Origin: Oscillospiraceae bacterium
Lineage (GTDB): Bacteria > Bacillota > Clostridia > Oscillospirales > Ruminococcaceae
DNA length: 64,000 nt
Direction: 5' to 3'
NCBI GenBank assembly: GCA_036373775.1
Contig: JAZAUD010000008.1
Span: 2,835-66,834 of the forward strand
Positions within the stretch are counted from its first letter, which is position 1. Each line of letters starts with the position of its first letter. Shown here piece by piece: positions 30,036-39,681 of this stretch. The notes beneath the pieces were generated by a model. It worked only from the letters and a program-made list of their open reading frames with translations. It did no database searches and was not told where the DNA came from. A program made the translations under genes and the position numbers.

Positions 30036-30377
30036 TTATTCTTTTTCTTTCAGTACAACAGTAATGTGAGAAGTCCTCTTCAAAATTCTGTAAGCTCTAC
30101 CCTGCGCTCTGGGCATGATACGCTTCATAATTGGACCAGGTGTCACATAGCATTCAGCAACATAGAGATTATCTTTGTTCATGCTGAAATTGTTGTCTGC
30201 ATTTGCGGCAGCGGAATTTACAAGCTTTTCAAGAATTGGGCTTGCAGCCTTGGGTGTCAGGCGGAGAATTGCCAGTGCCTTTTCAAGCGGCTGATTTCTA
30301 ATCAAATCCAACACAATCTGTACCTTGCGGGGAGAAATGCGGACGTTATTCAGCGTAGCTTTAGCTTCTATTTCCAT
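30036..30377 (-). CDS. rplV: 50S ribosomal protein L22
   Basis: [23 protein letters not shown]. Confidence 0.95.
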   Translation of the reverse strand: MEIEAKATLNNVRISPRKVQIVLDLIRNQPLEKALAILRLTPKAASPILEKLVNSAAANADNNFSMNKDNLYVAECYVTPGPIMKRIMPRAQGRAYRILKRTSHITVVLKEKE

Positions 30378-30397
30378 GATTGTTCCTCCTTCCGCAA

Positions 30398-30682
30398 TTA
30401 CTTCTTGCCGTTATTAGATGTCTTAGAGCCTGCGTGACCCTTGAAAGTTCTGGTCGGTGCAAATTCACCGAGCTTATGTCCTACCATATCCTCAGTGACA
30501 TATACCGGCACGTGCTTTCTGCCGTCATGCACTGCAAAGGTATGACCTACAAAATCAGGGAAGATTGTAGAAGAGCGGCTCCATGTTTTGAGCACTTTCT
30601 TCTCGCCGGCTTCGTTCATAGCCTGTACTCTCTTCAGGAGGACTTCCTGAACGTAAGGACCTTTTTTGATACTTCTGCTCAT
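30398..30682 (-). CDS. rpsS: 30S ribosomal protein S19
   Basis: [11 protein letters not shown]..., [29 protein letters not shown]. Confidence 0.95.
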   Translation of the reverse strand: MSRSIKKGPYVQEVLLKRVQAMNEAGEKKVLKTWSRSSTIFPDFVGHTFAVHDGRKHVPVYVTEDMVGHKLGEFAPTRTFKGHAGSKTSNNGKK

Positions 30683-30704
30683 CGCTTAAGCTCCTCCTTT
30701 CCGA

Positions 30705-31538
30705 TTACTTGCCGTTACGGCGTTTTACGATATACTTATCAGTGCGGTTGTGTGTCTTTCTGGTCTTATAACCCAAAGCAGGCTTACCCCATGGGGTAAC
30801 AGGTCCGGGACGACCAACAGGGGATTTACCTTCACCACCACCATGAGGATGGTCGCAGGGGTTCATAACAGAACCACGAACGATAGGTCTCCAACCCATA
30901 TGACGCTTTCTACCAGCCTTACCATAGTTCACATTCTCATGGTCAATATTGGAAACTTGTCCAATGGAAGCCATGCACTCAACCGGAACTCTTCTCATTT
31001 CGCCAGAGGGAAGACGAATCAAAGCGAACTTATCTTCTTTACCCATCAGCTGTGCCATATTACCAGCACTTCTTACCAGCTGTGCGCCCTTTCCGGGGTA
31101 CAGCTCAATTGCATGGATGAAAGTACCAACCGGAATATCAACCAATTTCAGAGCATTACCCGGTTTGATGTCTGCATCTGCACCAGAACGAACCACATCG
31201 CCAACTTTCAGACCATTGGGAGCGATGATATAACGCTTTTCGCCATCTTCATACTGAACCAATGCGATAAATGCGCTTCTGTTCGGGTCATATTCCAGAG
31301 TCAGAACCTTTGCATCCATACCGGTCTTATTGCGCTTGAAATCGATAACACGGTACTTTCTTCTGTTTGCGCCACCTCTGTGACGAACGGTAATGCGCCC
31401 ATAGCTATTGCGACCGCTTTTCTTTTTCAGCGGTTCAAGCAAGCTTTTCTCCGGTTCAGTTTTAGAGAGTACAGAATAATCTGTAACAGTCATCTGACGA
31501 CGTGAAGGAGAAGTGGGCTTATAGCTTTTAATTGCCAT
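30705..31538 (-). CDS. rplB: 50S ribosomal protein L2
   Basis: [14 protein letters not shown]..., [16 protein letters not shown]. Confidence 0.95.
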   Translation of the reverse strand: MAIKSYKPTSPSRRQMTVTDYSVLSKTEPEKSLLEPLKKKSGRNSYGRITVRHRGGANRRKYRVIDFKRNKTGMDAKVLTLEYDPNRSAFIALVQYEDGEKRYIIAPNGLKVGDVVRSGADADIKPGNALKLVDIPVGTFIHAIELYPGKGAQLVRSAGNMAQLMGKEDKFALIRLPSGEMRRVPVECMASIGQVSNIDHENVNYGKAGRKRHMGWRPIVRGSVMNPCDHPHGGGEGKSPVGRPGPVTPWGKPALGYKTRKTHNRTDKYIVKRRNGK

Positions 31539-31634
31539 TTCAAATTCACTCCTTGATGTTTGATTATCGGGGTTTCAATGCTCCACTGAAATGCAGTGGA
31601 GAAACAAGGCATTCCCCATAGTAAAGGGCGATTC

Positions 31635-31967
31635 TTAGAACATTCCTTCAAAGAATTCGATTGTTCCCTTCTTCTTGTCGGCTTTCTTAGTACCCTTCGG
31701 ATTTTCCGGATTCGGGTTAATGGTAACGATTGCCTTCTTATAAGAAGAAGTCTTACCAACAAATCTGCCCATTCTCTTCTGTCTGCCGTCGCAGTTCATT
31801 GTATTGACCTTGACAACTTCTACATTGAAGAGTTCTTCAACAGCAGCCTTGATTTCCATTTTATTGGCATCCTTAGCTACCTGAAAAGTGTACTTATGCA
31901 GAGGGAGGTAATCTGTAGCCTGCTCTGTAATGACAGGGCGAATAATAATATCCTGTGCTGCTTTCAT
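31635..31967 (-). CDS. rplW: 50S ribosomal protein L23
   Basis: IIRPVITEQA..., FQVAKDANKMEIKAAVEELF. Lys-rich C-terminal extension. Confidence 0.9.
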   Translation of the reverse strand: MKAAQDIIIRPVITEQATDYLPLHKYTFQVAKDANKMEIKAAVEELFNVEVVKVNTMNCDGRQKRMGRFVGKTSSYKKAIVTINPNPENPKGTKKADKKKGTIEFFEGMF

Positions 31968-32590
31968 TATGCGTACACCTCCTCGATTTTTGCAATGGCA
32001 TTCTTAGGAGCAATCATCTTGCCACCATTGAGAATGTCATATACATTCAGGGTGTTGACAGCTGCAGTCTTGACACCTGCGATATTGTTTGCGCTTCTGT
32101 AGACCTTGGGGTCTGCTTCTGCGGTAACAATGAGTGCTTTCTTCTCTACGCCCAAAGCGTTGAGCATTGCAGCGATTTTCTTTGTTTTGAATTCATCCAT
32201 TGTGAGAGTATCCAAAACAATGAGATTCCCTTCCTGAACCTTAGTAGAAAGAGCGGACTTCATAGCCAGTCTGCGAACCTTCTTATTCAGTGTATATCTG
32301 TAGCTTCTGGGCTTAGGGCCAATTGCAACACCACCATGAACCCACTGCGGAGCTCTGATAGAACCCTGTCTTGCATGACCTGTCCCCTTTTGTCTCCACG
32401 GCTTCTTACCACCGCCTCTTACTTCTGTACGAGTGAGAGTGGACTGTGTACCCTGACGCTGGTTTGCAAGGTAGTTGACAACTACAGCATGCATAACGGA
32501 AACATTCGGTTCAATGCCAAAGACTGCATCATTCAGTTCAGTTTCGGAAACTTCACTGCCAGCCATGTTGTAAACTTTCACTTTTGCCAT
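31967..32590 (-). CDS. rplD: 50S ribosomal protein L4
   Basis: RQGTQSTLTRTEVRGGGKKPWRQKGTGHARQGSIRAPQW. Confidence 0.95.
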   Translation of the reverse strand: MAKVKVYNMAGSEVSETELNDAVFGIEPNVSVMHAVVVNYLANQRQGTQSTLTRTEVRGGGKKPWRQKGTGHARQGSIRAPQWVHGGVAIGPKPRSYRYTLNKKVRRLAMKSALSTKVQEGNLIVLDTLTMDEFKTKKIAAMLNALGVEKKALIVTAEADPKVYRSANNIAGVKTAAVNTLNVYDILNGGKMIAPKNAIAKIEEVYA

Positions 32591-32607
32591 TGTTGTTTCC
32601 TCCTTCC

Positions 32608-33237
32608 TTACGCCTTCACACTGTCAACGACAGTAATAATACCGCCCTTAGGACCAGGAATTGCGCCCTTGATAGCGATTAAGTTATTTTCTACGTCAAC
32701 CTTGACAATTTCAAGATTCTGTACGGTTACATTTTCTGCACCCATATGACCTGCCATGCCCTTGCCCTTGTAGATTCTGGACGGGGAAGAACAAGCACCC
32801 ATTGAACCAGCCTGACGATGTACAGGACCAGTACCATGAGTTTCCTTCAGTCTGTGCTGATTGTGACGCTTGATAGCACCCTGAAAACCTTTACCCTTGC
32901 TGACACCAGAAACATCAACAATGTCACCTACTGCAAAAGTATCAGCCTTAATCAAACTACCAGCTTCGAGGTTGCAATCATCAAAGCGGAATTCTTTCAG
33001 GGTCTTCTTGTAACCTGCGTTAGCCTTGTCAAAATGACCTTTCATAGGCTTGTTGACTCTAGTAGCCTTCTTATCACCGTAACCGAGCTGAACTGCTGCA
33101 TAGCCGTCATTTTCTACAGTCTTCACTTGTACAACAACACAAGGACCTGCTTCAACGACTGTCACGGGAACTACCTTGCCATTTTCATCGAAAATCTGAG
33201 TCATACCGATTTTCTTGGCGATAATGCCTTTTTGCAT
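32608..33237 (-). CDS. rplC: 50S ribosomal protein L3
   Basis: [30 protein letters not shown]. Confidence 0.95.
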   Translation of the reverse strand: MQKGIIAKKIGMTQIFDENGKVVPVTVVEAGPCVVVQVKTVENDGYAAVQLGYGDKKATRVNKPMKGHFDKANAGYKKTLKEFRFDDCNLEAGSLIKADTFAVGDIVDVSGVSKGKGFQGAIKRHNQHRLKETHGTGPVHRQAGSMGACSSPSRIYKGKGMAGHMGAENVTVQNLEIVKVDVENNLIAIKGAIPGPKGGIITVVDSVKA

Positions 33238-33331
33238 TATAGTTTCCTCCTTATTGGTTATTGGTCGGGATTTCCCGACATGACCTATGGCATTGGTTGG
33301 AAGATTCCAACATTACCAGAGGTTTCGGAGC

Positions 33332-33646
33332 TTACTTAGCCTCCATTACGATGTCTACGCCTGCGGGAAGCTCTAACTTCTGGAGAGTATCCATAGTCTT
33401 TGCTGTGGGACGGAGTACATCAATCAATCTCTTGTGGGTACGCTGTTCGAACTGCTCACGGCTATCCTTGTACTTGTGTACTGCACGGAGAATTGTCACA
33501 ATTTCCTTTTCAGTCGGGAGCGGAATCGGACCGCTGACAGATGCACCACTTCTCTTAGCTGCTTCTACAATTTTAGCTGCTGCGGAGTCTACTGTTGCGT
33601 GTTCGTAACCCTTGATTTTGATTCTGATTTTTTCGCTTGCTGCCAT
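33332..33646 (-). CDS. rpsJ: 30S ribosomal protein S10
   Basis: [40 protein letters not shown]. Confidence 0.95.
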   Translation of the reverse strand: MAASEKIRIKIKGYEHATVDSAAAKIVEAAKRSGASVSGPIPLPTEKEIVTILRAVHKYKDSREQFEQRTHKRLIDVLRPTAKTMDTLQKLELPAGVDIVMEAK

Positions 33647-33737
33647 TTTTTTCGCCTCCTTGGGGTTGAATGGGGAGGGCGTTCTGTTCAGGAATCCAGT
33701 CTTTCCCCTGCCCCGTGTGTATCACAGCGTTCAGGGT

Positions 33738-33776
33738 AAATAAAAGCCGAAATCTTACATTGGGTCAAGATTTCGG
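33738..33776 (-). terminator. terminator-like hairpin (candidate attenuator) inside the rpsJ leader
   Basis: Minus strand reads CCGAAATCTT-GACCCAATGT-AAGATTTCGG (perfect 10-bp stem) followed by CTTTTATTT, about 90 nt upstream of the rpsJ ATG. Confidence 0.5.
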
Positions 33777-33997
33777 ACGAAAGGACAGTATACCAGAAAG
33801 CCACAGAAAATCCCTGCAAGCTGTTCACACTCAAAAAAAGCCATGATTCAGCTCTGTTTCTGATGCACTGACTGTGCTGACATTCCTTGTCGCCCAATTT
33901 TAAAATCGGACATACTCCACGGAAATTCCCCGACATACCGCCGGCAACCTTCCGTTTCTTCGCATATCATTCGAACGGCTTCTGCCGTACTTTTTAT

Positions 33998-34026
33998 ATT
34001 CTACCATAAAAAAACAAAAATGTCAA
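33998..34026 (-). promoter_or_regulatory. candidate S10-operon promoter
   Basis: Minus strand reads TTGACA-17 nt-TAGAAT. This implies a 5' UTR of roughly 340 nt. Confidence 0.55.
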
Positions 34027-34099
34027 GTGAATTTATATAAAACTTTTGTACACAACTCCATGATATTTTGTGAAGTTTCACCATTAGCATTTTAGAATA

Positions 34100-34127
34100 T
34101 TGACAATTTTGGAGAATGTGGTATAAT
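34100..34127 (+). promoter_or_regulatory. promoter of the 137-aa hypothetical gene
   Basis: TTGACA-16 nt-(TGG)TATAAT with an extended -10. Confidence 0.55.
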
Positions 34128-34196
34128 GGAAATCACCTTGATAAGTTTTGATTATTTTCCATGTGCATGAACTGCGAGAGGAGTTGAATAAAATTT

Positions 34197-34610
34197 ATGT
34201 CAAAGAAACGAAAAGAAAATATATTAAAGGTATATCAGGTATATAAAAAGCATCCTTTCACCTTACAAGAGTTATTGAAGTTTTCCCCTACACAACACTT
34301 TGGTGTGGACAGACAAAAGCGACGTGATGAAGCACTGAATCGACTGCTTGACGAAGATGATTATCTTGATTGTGTCATGTCCGTTGACCATGGTCATCCG
34401 GACGGGATGGAATTGCATTGTATTACCCATAGTGGCTTGATATTCATTTTGAATGAATTTAAGTTCAATATTGGTCTGCCTTGTGTGGTCACTGTTCTGA
34501 ATGCTCGTGTCAATCAGCTTACACGCTATGGAAAAGAAAATTATGAACCTGATGACTATACACTCCAAAAAGCTCGTGAACATGAATCAAATAAAGATAA
34601 TCTGATTTAG
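34197..34610 (+). CDS. hypothetical protein
   Basis: 137-aa ORF with its own promoter and terminator. No motif recognised. Confidence 0.5.
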   Translation: MSKKRKENILKVYQVYKKHPFTLQELLKFSPTQHFGVDRQKRRDEALNRLLDEDDYLDCVMSVDHGHPDGMELHCITHSGLIFILNEFKFNIGLPCVVTVLNARVNQLTRYGKENYEPDDYTLQKAREHESNKDNLI

Positions 34611-34620
34611 CAAAATTCAG

Positions 34621-34656
34621 CTCCTGAAAGCCTTCCAACTTTCAGGAGATTTTTTT
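34621..34656 (+). terminator. bidirectional intrinsic terminator
   Basis: CTCCTGAAAG-8 nt-CTTTCAGGAG followed by ATTTTTTT. Confidence 0.7.
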
Positions 34657-34659
34657 ACA

Positions 34660-36348
34660 TCAATCCACATTGACCCTTAAATAATCCTCCGGATTGACAC
34701 AGATATTATTCACTCTGACTTCAAAATGACAGTGAGGTCCTGTGGAGTCACCTGTTGAGCCAATCAGCATAATCAATTGACCCTTTTCGACTTCCTGCCC
34801 TTCCACAGCGATGACTTCACTCCCATGTGCATATAATGTCCGGTAGCCGTCGGGATGTTCGATAATGACGTAATTTCCATAACCGCCGGAATTCCAACCT
34901 GCTCGAATAACTTTCCCAGCTGCGGAAGCGTAAATTTCTGTACCAGTGGGAGCAGCAATATCAAGCCCCTTGTGGTTACGTTCACCGCCGAAATGGTCGC
35001 TGATACGTCCGCCATTCACGGGCCATCCGAACATCCCATTTCCATTTACCGTCGTGGTATTGCTTGCAGGCTGTGCGGAATAAGTACCAACGCCAATCTG
35101 TTCGGGAATGGGTTCTCTTGTTACAATCGTGCTAAGGGGTTCACGGCTTTGTTCCGTCCCATCAATATAGGTAATTTTCATCTGTGTGGTACGTTCCCCA
35201 CGGACACCATGAGAAATGACTTTTTCCGTGCCAATGGGTAAGGAAGAAGTTTGTACTTTGATGGTACTGTAGTCAATTTCACTTGTGACTTCCATGGTAG
35301 TGGCATAAGCGATAGGCATATAACGCTCTTTTGCACGGATATTGAGAACTGTTCCAATTTCTGGGATTTCCGGAACATCTGGATTTTGTTCTTGTAAGTC
35401 CTCTACAGAGATATGATATTTTTTGGCAATCCTGCTCAAAGAATCATTTTCCTGTACCACATATTGTACATCCGTCTTATCGGAAGATTGCATGATACTG
35501 ACGAAATTTTCCGGTGTTTCAATGGTTTCTTTCAGGTAGACACCGGAACGGTATTCCATTTTTTTGGCATAATATACATCTGTAATATTCTTATCTAATG
35601 TAGTCTGGTATTCTTCTAACAGGGCAGAAAGGCGATTTTGAATATCTTCTTTATTCTGTACAGCACCAACGAATTCCCCATCAATATAGATGCCATATGC
35701 GCTCATTAACTCATTATGGGAACTAATCAATAATTTATCAGCAATGGAATGCGCTGTAATATACTCCTCATTCTCAGAAATCATTTTCAGGGCATAAACA
35801 GGCTTGAAATTGACATCTACATCTTGACCAGTCATGGAAATACGTTGCATGACTTCTTTTTCTGCACTCTGAAATTCACTTTCGTTTTCAATGATTCCCA
35901 ATTCTTGACCGCCAACCGAAACACTTAAAGCATATTGCATACCCGCTCCATAGTGAATGACAGCAATCAAAAATACAACCGAAACCGTGGCGATAATGTA
36001 ATTAAATCCAATCTTGAAAAGGCTATGCTCATGAAATAAATACCTTGCAATGACCTGCATAGAATTCAAGGCTTTTCCGTCTCTTCTTGCCTGATGTACG
36101 TCATGTATCACAGCCATTCTTGCTTTTTTCCGTTCGTTGGTGATTTGCTGGAATAATTTACCAATCAGCCGAAAAATTCGCTTTATCTGGTAGAACATAT
36201 ACCGCAACATACGGAAAATTCCTCTGCACAGAAGCCACAGCCCTTGCAATAATTTCTGTACAGCTCCAGTTACCATCATACCTAATTGAATTAAAGCTTC
36301 CTCAGGGTCATGGTTTTGCATGGGAACTTCTCTCCTTTCGTATTCCAA
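34660..36348 (-). CDS. LysM / G5 / M23-family peptidoglycan metalloendopeptidase, membrane-anchored
   Basis: LysM YVVQENDSLSRIAKKYHISVEDLQEQNP; G5-like VISHGVRGERTTQMKITYIDGTE; M23 HKGLDIAAPTGTEIYA...GSTGDSTGPHCHFEV. Confidence 0.85.
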   Translation of the reverse strand: MEYERREVPMQNHDPEEALIQLGMMVTGAVQKLLQGLWLLCRGIFRMLRYMFYQIKRIFRLIGKLFQQITNERKKARMAVIHDVHQARRDGKALNSMQVIARYLFHEHSLFKIGFNYIIATVSVVFLIAVIHYGAGMQYALSVSVGGQELGIIENESEFQSAEKEVMQRISMTGQDVDVNFKPVYALKMISENEEYITAHSIADKLLISSHNELMSAYGIYIDGEFVGAVQNKEDIQNRLSALLEEYQTTLDKNITDVYYAKKMEYRSGVYLKETIETPENFVSIMQSSDKTDVQYVVQENDSLSRIAKKYHISVEDLQEQNPDVPEIPEIGTVLNIRAKERYMPIAYATTMEVTSEIDYSTIKVQTSSLPIGTEKVISHGVRGERTTQMKITYIDGTEQSREPLSTIVTREPIPEQIGVGTYSAQPASNTTTVNGNGMFGWPVNGGRISDHFGGERNHKGLDIAAPTGTEIYASAAGKVIRAGWNSGGYGNYVIIEHPDGYRTLYAHGSEVIAVEGQEVEKGQLIMLIGSTGDSTGPHCHFEVRVNNICVNPEDYLRVNVD

Positions 36349-36393
36349 AAACTACCTTGATTATCATATCACATTATGTACAAAAAATCAAGC

Positions 36394-37266
36394 CTATTCC
36401 GAAAATTCCGAAATTCCGGCATTTTGCACAAAACAATGTTTGATATCTTCCGGAAGTGGTGAATGAATGATATGTATTTGACCGAAAAGGTCAGTATATT
36501 CCATTTCCGCACAATGCAAGGCATGACGCTGTAAATCTGTCATATCGCCACCATACAGGAAATCCCCTGCCAAAGGATAACCAATATAGGACATATGCAA
36601 TCTGATTTGATGTGTCCGCCCTGTTTCAAGCCGAAATTTCACAAGGGAATATTTTCCTCCACGCTTTATCACTTCAAAGTGAGTGACTGCCGTTTTTCCG
36701 TTTGGGGTAATGCGCCTTACAATAATGGAATCTTCACACCGTCCAATTGGTGCATCAATCGTGCCGGAATCGGGGGGATTTCCCGAAACAAGGGCAATAT
36801 ATTGTTTTTGCAGTCTATCCGGCAAACTGGAAGCGGAAACGGCATTCTTAGCAACGCAGATTAAACCAGAAGTATCATTATCAAGCCTATGAACCGGACG
36901 GAATGTCAAGTCTGGATATTGCGCTGTAAATGCGTTTCCCAATGTGTCAGTATGATGGCATTGGCTTGGATGGACAGGCATTCCGGCGGGCTTGTCAAAA
37001 ATCAAGGCTTCTTCCGTTTCGAATGCTAAGGGGACAATTAAATCAGGGTTGGGAATGATTTCGCTTTTGTCCTCCATATGAATATGAATGCAGTCCCCTT
37101 GTCTCACAATGTCAACGGTTCTCAATAATTTTCCATTCCGTGTTAAGCCGTTTTCGGTGTGTTTGAGTCGGGTCAATTGCCGGTGGGAAATTCCGCAGTC
37201 TTTCCGGAGGAATATTTCTGCTTTGCATGGTTCAGGGCGATTCATGATAAATTTCAAGTCAGGCAT
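36394..37266 (-). CDS. RluA-family 23S rRNA pseudouridine synthase
   Basis: S4-like N-terminus, PAGMPVHP, HRLDNDTSGLI, GRTHQIRLHM. True start is ATG 37266 after AGGAGG. The 521-aa track ORF is an upstream read-through. Confidence 0.85.
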   Translation of the reverse strand: MPDLKFIMNRPEPCKAEIFLRKDCGISHRQLTRLKHTENGLTRNGKLLRTVDIVRQGDCIHIHMEDKSEIIPNPDLIVPLAFETEEALIFDKPAGMPVHPSQCHHTDTLGNAFTAQYPDLTFRPVHRLDNDTSGLICVAKNAVSASSLPDRLQKQYIALVSGNPPDSGTIDAPIGRCEDSIIVRRITPNGKTAVTHFEVIKRGGKYSLVKFRLETGRTHQIRLHMSYIGYPLAGDFLYGGDMTDLQRHALHCAEMEYTDLFGQIHIIHSPLPEDIKHCFVQNAGISEFSE

Positions 37267-38039
37267 ATCAATTCCTCCTGTGCATATTCTTTCATACGGA
37301 TTTGTAAGAATAAAATAACCTCTGTCATAATTTTCGGCAATATGAAGGGAATTGTCACAATTGGCAATGCTAATGGCAAATATCCCAATAACAGGGCAAA
37401 TAATTTCTTGTGATGCCCTGCAAGCATTTTTTCGGATTTTCTCACCGCACGGAATACCGAAATTTCGGGATTCTCCAAATATAAAAACGGCACTGCCAAT
37501 AATCCAATTGTGAACCGTACCCAAAATACCATTGTCCAGAATAACAACATCATTGCTTGAATGGCAATGAATAACAGAATTCCGCTTTCTGTCACAGCAA
37601 TGCTTCTTTGCAGGGCGAAATATGCTAAAATTCCAGCAACTGCACAAGGGGTTAATATCAGCCACCTCAATAATGCAATCATTCCAAAAAAATACATTGC
37701 ATGGAAAAATTCTCCTGTTGTTGCGAAATATTTTCGCTTTTGTTTTTCCATTCCTAACAATGCCGTGAACCAGCTCCACACTCCACAACGAATCGGCAAC
37801 AATGCCGAAAAGCTCAAAATCCCCCATAAAATGCCAAATATTACCCACATGGTATGATTTCCCATTAACAAGGCTTTTGGGGTCATGGATTTCCTTGCGA
37901 TTAAAATAGCTCCTAATATCAATGGTACAATTCCGGTTACGGTCTCCACAATCGGACATAATACCGCCGTTCGGAATGCCCCCAAATAATGCCCTTTGAG
38001 TGAGTGACGAGAAAATTCATGCAGTTCACGAAAAAACAC
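37254..38039 (-). CDS. hypothetical polytopic membrane protein (DUF975-like by eye)
   Basis: About 6 hydrophobic segments. Its stop overlaps the rluA-family start by 13 nt. Confidence 0.55.
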   Translation of the reverse strand: MFFRELHEFSRHSLKGHYLGAFRTAVLCPIVETVTGIVPLILGAILIARKSMTPKALLMGNHTMWVIFGILWGILSFSALLPIRCGVWSWFTALLGMEKQKRKYFATTGEFFHAMYFFGMIALLRWLILTPCAVAGILAYFALQRSIAVTESGILLFIAIQAMMLLFWTMVFWVRFTIGLLAVPFLYLENPEISVFRAVRKSEKMLAGHHKKLFALLLGYLPLALPIVTIPFILPKIMTEVILFLQIRMKEYAQEELICLT

Positions 38040-38064
38040 CCTGCCTCATCCTTTCATGAGAAAT

Positions 38065-38688
38065 TTAGTTTCTTGAATATGGTGTCATTCCCAGTATTTC
38101 AAATGCCTGCGAACGCTGCCACATCTGCGCCGTGAGAAGAATTTCAAATCCTTCACCAGCTTCACTATGTAACTGCGTTGCTGAATATTTCGGCAAACCA
38201 AAACAAGCCAATAAATTGCTAATCACTCCGGCATGGGTAATCACGGCACAATGTGCAAAATCATTTTCCATCATGTCCAATAAAATGGTATTGATTGCCT
38301 TATATGAACGAATGCAAAGCTCCTCTGCGCTTTCCCCTTCTGGTGGTCGGATTTCAGGTGAACCGCCTTTCAGCCATGCCCTGTAGTCATCCCTTCCAAC
38401 AAGTTCCAATGCAGACTTTCCCTCAAAGATGCCAAAATTCAATTCTCGCAAATCTGGTGAAAGATACAGTGGGACTTCTGGAAACAAAATTTCCGCTGTC
38501 TCTGTACAGCGTGACAAGGGACTGCTATAAACTCTTTGGACTCTTGGATATTCATATTGGTCAAGCTTTCCAGCCAATTCCGCACAGCCCATATCTGTCA
38601 AGGGGTAATCTGTACTGCCAATATAAATTCCTTCATCATTCGCCTTTGTTCTCCCATGACGAAATAAACTGATATGATATGCTCTCAT
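38065..38688 (-). CDS. histidine phosphatase family protein (phosphoglycerate-mutase-like)
   Basis: MRAYHISLFRHGRTKANDEGIYIG (RHG motif), ITHAGVI. Start at ATG 38688 after AGGAGG. Confidence 0.8.
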   Translation of the reverse strand: MRAYHISLFRHGRTKANDEGIYIGSTDYPLTDMGCAELAGKLDQYEYPRVQRVYSSPLSRCTETAEILFPEVPLYLSPDLRELNFGIFEGKSALELVGRDDYRAWLKGGSPEIRPPEGESAEELCIRSYKAINTILLDMMENDFAHCAVITHAGVISNLLACFGLPKYSATQLHSEAGEGFEILLTAQMWQRSQAFEILGMTPYSRN

Positions 38689-38937
38689 AAAATATAACCT
38701 CCTGTACAGGAAATTCAACTCCCTGCAATATTTTGATAAGATTTCACAAAAATCATGTACATTTTTTGTCTTTGTTGTTTTTTTATACAAGTTTACTGAA
38801 AAAAAATGAATATAATTCACACAACATTCCCACTTTACAAATAGTATAATTTGCGGTATAATATATAGTAAAGTAGAATATGTCAAGATAATGCCCCTTT
38901 ATACTTTGACAAATTCCAGAAAGGAGCTTTTGCACTT

Positions 38938-39630
38938 ATGAATTCCGATTTTCCTAGAATTATTGCTCTCCAGCGGAAAGAGCGACAAATCAGCCAAAAA
39001 CAAGCAGCTGCTGACCTCGGCATCTCTCAGGCTCTGCTTTCTCATTATGAGAAAGGTATCCGTGAATGTGGGCTTGATTTTTTGGTTAAGATTGCAGATT
39101 ATTATAATGTTTCCTGTGATTATCTGCTTGGACGCACCCCAGAACCAGAAGGAAAAACGATTTCTATTGAAGATATTCCAGATGATGACGGAAATAACAG
39201 TATGCCCAGTCCGGAAGTTGTGGCTTTCAATCGTAAAATTATCAATAATTCCATCAGTCTGCTTTTCTCCCTTGCACAAAAAGCCAATAGCATTACCCTC
39301 ATCAAGGAAATGTCTTCTTATTTAATGCTGAATGTTTATAAGCTCTTTCGCATTGTCTATAATGCCAATCCTCATAATGACCAAAAATTATTTTCCGTTC
39401 CCAAAGTTGTCGCCAATGATGATGCTAGTGCCATTGTCAGCATGAATGAAGCCAATATCAAGGCGGCTTCCAGTGGCATTCCCATTGGGGAAAATGATTG
39501 TGTCAAGGATTCAGAGGTATTATATCTCACTACTGCTATTTTGTCACAAACCTATCCGGAATATTCTTCTTCCTTGCTGAATTTAATCAAAATCAGTGAG
39601 GATAGTATCGATAAAAAACGTAATGCCTGA
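38938..39630 (+). CDS. XRE-family HTH transcriptional regulator with C-terminal domain of unknown function
   Basis: IIALQRKERQISQKQAAADLGISQALLSHYEKGIRECGLDFLVKIADYYNVSCDYLLG. Confidence 0.85.
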   Translation: MNSDFPRIIALQRKERQISQKQAAADLGISQALLSHYEKGIRECGLDFLVKIADYYNVSCDYLLGRTPEPEGKTISIEDIPDDDGNNSMPSPEVVAFNRKIINNSISLLFSLAQKANSITLIKEMSSYLMLNVYKLFRIVYNANPHNDQKLFSVPKVVANDDASAIVSMNEANIKAASSGIPIGENDCVKDSEVLYLTTAILSQTYPEYSSSLLNLIKISEDSIDKKRNA

Positions 39631-39646
39631 TTCATGGTATTGTCAG

Positions 39647-39679
39647 AACGGGAAAGATATGGTATCTTTCCCGTTTTTT
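39647..39679 (+). terminator. strong hairpin terminator shared by the XRE gene and the convergent seven-gene operon
   Basis: AACGGGAAAGATA-TGG-TATCTTTCCCGTT followed by TTTT. Confidence 0.7.
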
Positions 39680-39681
39680 GA

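Noticed and set aside
33663-33715. Possible degenerate copy of the palindromic repeat just upstream of the rpsJ RBS (…GCCCTCCCCATTCAACCCCAAGGAGG on the minus strand)
   Set aside because: Only the CCCCAT(N)CCCC end resembles the family. The opposite arm does not pair convincingly, so the match is too weak to call without a covariance-model score.
33688-33936. 82-aa minus-strand ORF inside the rpsJ leader
   Set aside because: It has no Shine-Dalgarno sequence, its composition is odd, and it overlaps the predicted structured leader. It is more likely non-coding.
36394-37959. 521-aa minus-strand ORF suggesting a large fusion protein
   Set aside because: Only the C-terminal 290 aa (from ATG 37266 with AGGAGG RBS) are pseudouridine-synthase-like. 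The N-terminal part is Cys/Asn/Ile-rich nonsense read in an alternative frame of the genuine membrane-protein gene 37254-38039.
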